From contig NMRA01000205.1 of the NCBI GenBank assembly GCA_002633005.1, forward strand, positions 483,273-547,272: a DNA stretch of 64,000 bases, given 5' to 3'. The DNA comes from Phoronis australis (lineage: Eukaryota > Animalia > Phoronida). Of the stretch, positions 63,453 through 64,000 are shown one piece after another; position 1 is the stretch's first letter; the number at the start of each line of letters is the position of its first letter. Position numbers and translations under genes: made by a program. The notes below the pieces were generated by a model, which saw only the letters and a list, made by a program, of their open reading frames with translations, was not told where the DNA came from and did no database searches.

Positions 63453-63616
63453 ATAGATTATTACATGTTCTCAGCCGTTATCCCCCTTATCTAGAGCCCT
63501 CGTGGATTTTGGAGAATTATCACCCTCGGGGCTAACGCCCCTCGGGCGATAATTCTCCAAAATCCACTCGGGCTCTAGATAACGGGGGATAACGACTTCG
63601 CCATGTAATAATCTAT
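63453..63616. repeat. 164-bp near-perfect palindrome with a 4-nt loop (TAAC, 63533-63536)
   Basis: Arms ATAGATTATTACATG...GTGGATTTTGGAGAATTATC...GGGGC and GCCCC...GATAATTCTCCAAAATCCAC...CATGTAATAATCTAT. Confidence 0.95.
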
Positions 63617-64000
63617 ATGTATTATGATAGCTACAGAATAGAACCTGATGCAAAATTGATTTTATTTAAATGATGAGAAAATAAAATCACACTCGTTTGA
63701 ACTGTATTATGCTCTAGACTTTACTTAAATTCAAGTGATTCATCTTCAGAAGAATTTCCTTTCCTGCTAATGCCTCGTGCCGTTCTGTGAACATTGCGTA
63801 ATTTTTAAATTGTAATCTTGAATTGTGTTTTCAGCCCCTGTATGTGGTATTTTATTTTGCAATTTGCCCACTTGAACGAAGAATGGAGCCCTAATGCATT
63901 TATGTTGTGGTGTGAATAGTTAAGTGTTCCAGTGATGGATTTCACAGGTGCCATTAAAAACAGTTTTGTTCTGAAAAGCTTTTCAATTGTTACGCAATGG

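Larger units (their letters stand above)
62746..63616. mobile_element. Crypton-like non-autonomous element: inverted-repeat-bounded segment plus terminal long palindrome
   Basis: TTTATACCACA (62746-62756) and TGTGGTATAAA (63443-63453) form an inverted repeat, followed immediately by a 164-bp palindrome. CpG-rich relative to its flanks. Family call is by recalled architecture only. Confidence 0.5.

Noticed and set aside
84-63653. The many 60-120 aa ORFs in the supplied track as genes
   Set aside because: Short, often with non-ATG starts and without recognisable domains, as expected by chance in intron DNA. Only those overlapping TE remnants carry motifs.

Overview
This is AT-rich animal (invertebrate-like) nuclear DNA, not prokaryotic, and almost every entry in the ORF track is spurious. 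Two spliced genes lie head-to-head. (1) On the minus strand is the 5' end of a probable UBXN11-like gene: candidate first exon ~17945-18000, start-codon exon 5489-5579 and a 47-nt exon 1159-1205, reading MTSPLSNLKKPRKPIPGSQRQSYVPFRHPEYS and continuing off the left edge. (2) On the plus strand is the 5' end of a CELF1/2 (Bruno/ETR-1) RNA-binding protein gene: a clear RRM1 exon at 60762-60931, a candidate first exon ~23554-23620 about 37 kb upstream, and the rest off the right edge. Introns and intergenic DNA carry many transposon remnants: an internally deleted AcademX element with both TIRs, a second 2.4-kb TIR element, a multi-copy ~250-bp Tc1/mariner-type MITE, Harbinger/Kolobok/hAT-like MITEs, tRNA-derived SINEs, LINE fragments, and a Crypton-like palindromic element containing a Pol III tRNA-like cassette. 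One N-separated 386-bp duplication is probably an assembly artifact. I see no clearly new multi-gene system. The best leads are possible CELF autoregulation (UGU-rich first exon, stop-containing 69-nt cassette exon), a uORF/dual-frame arrangement at the UBXN11-like 5' end, and the tRNA-cassette/palindrome element.
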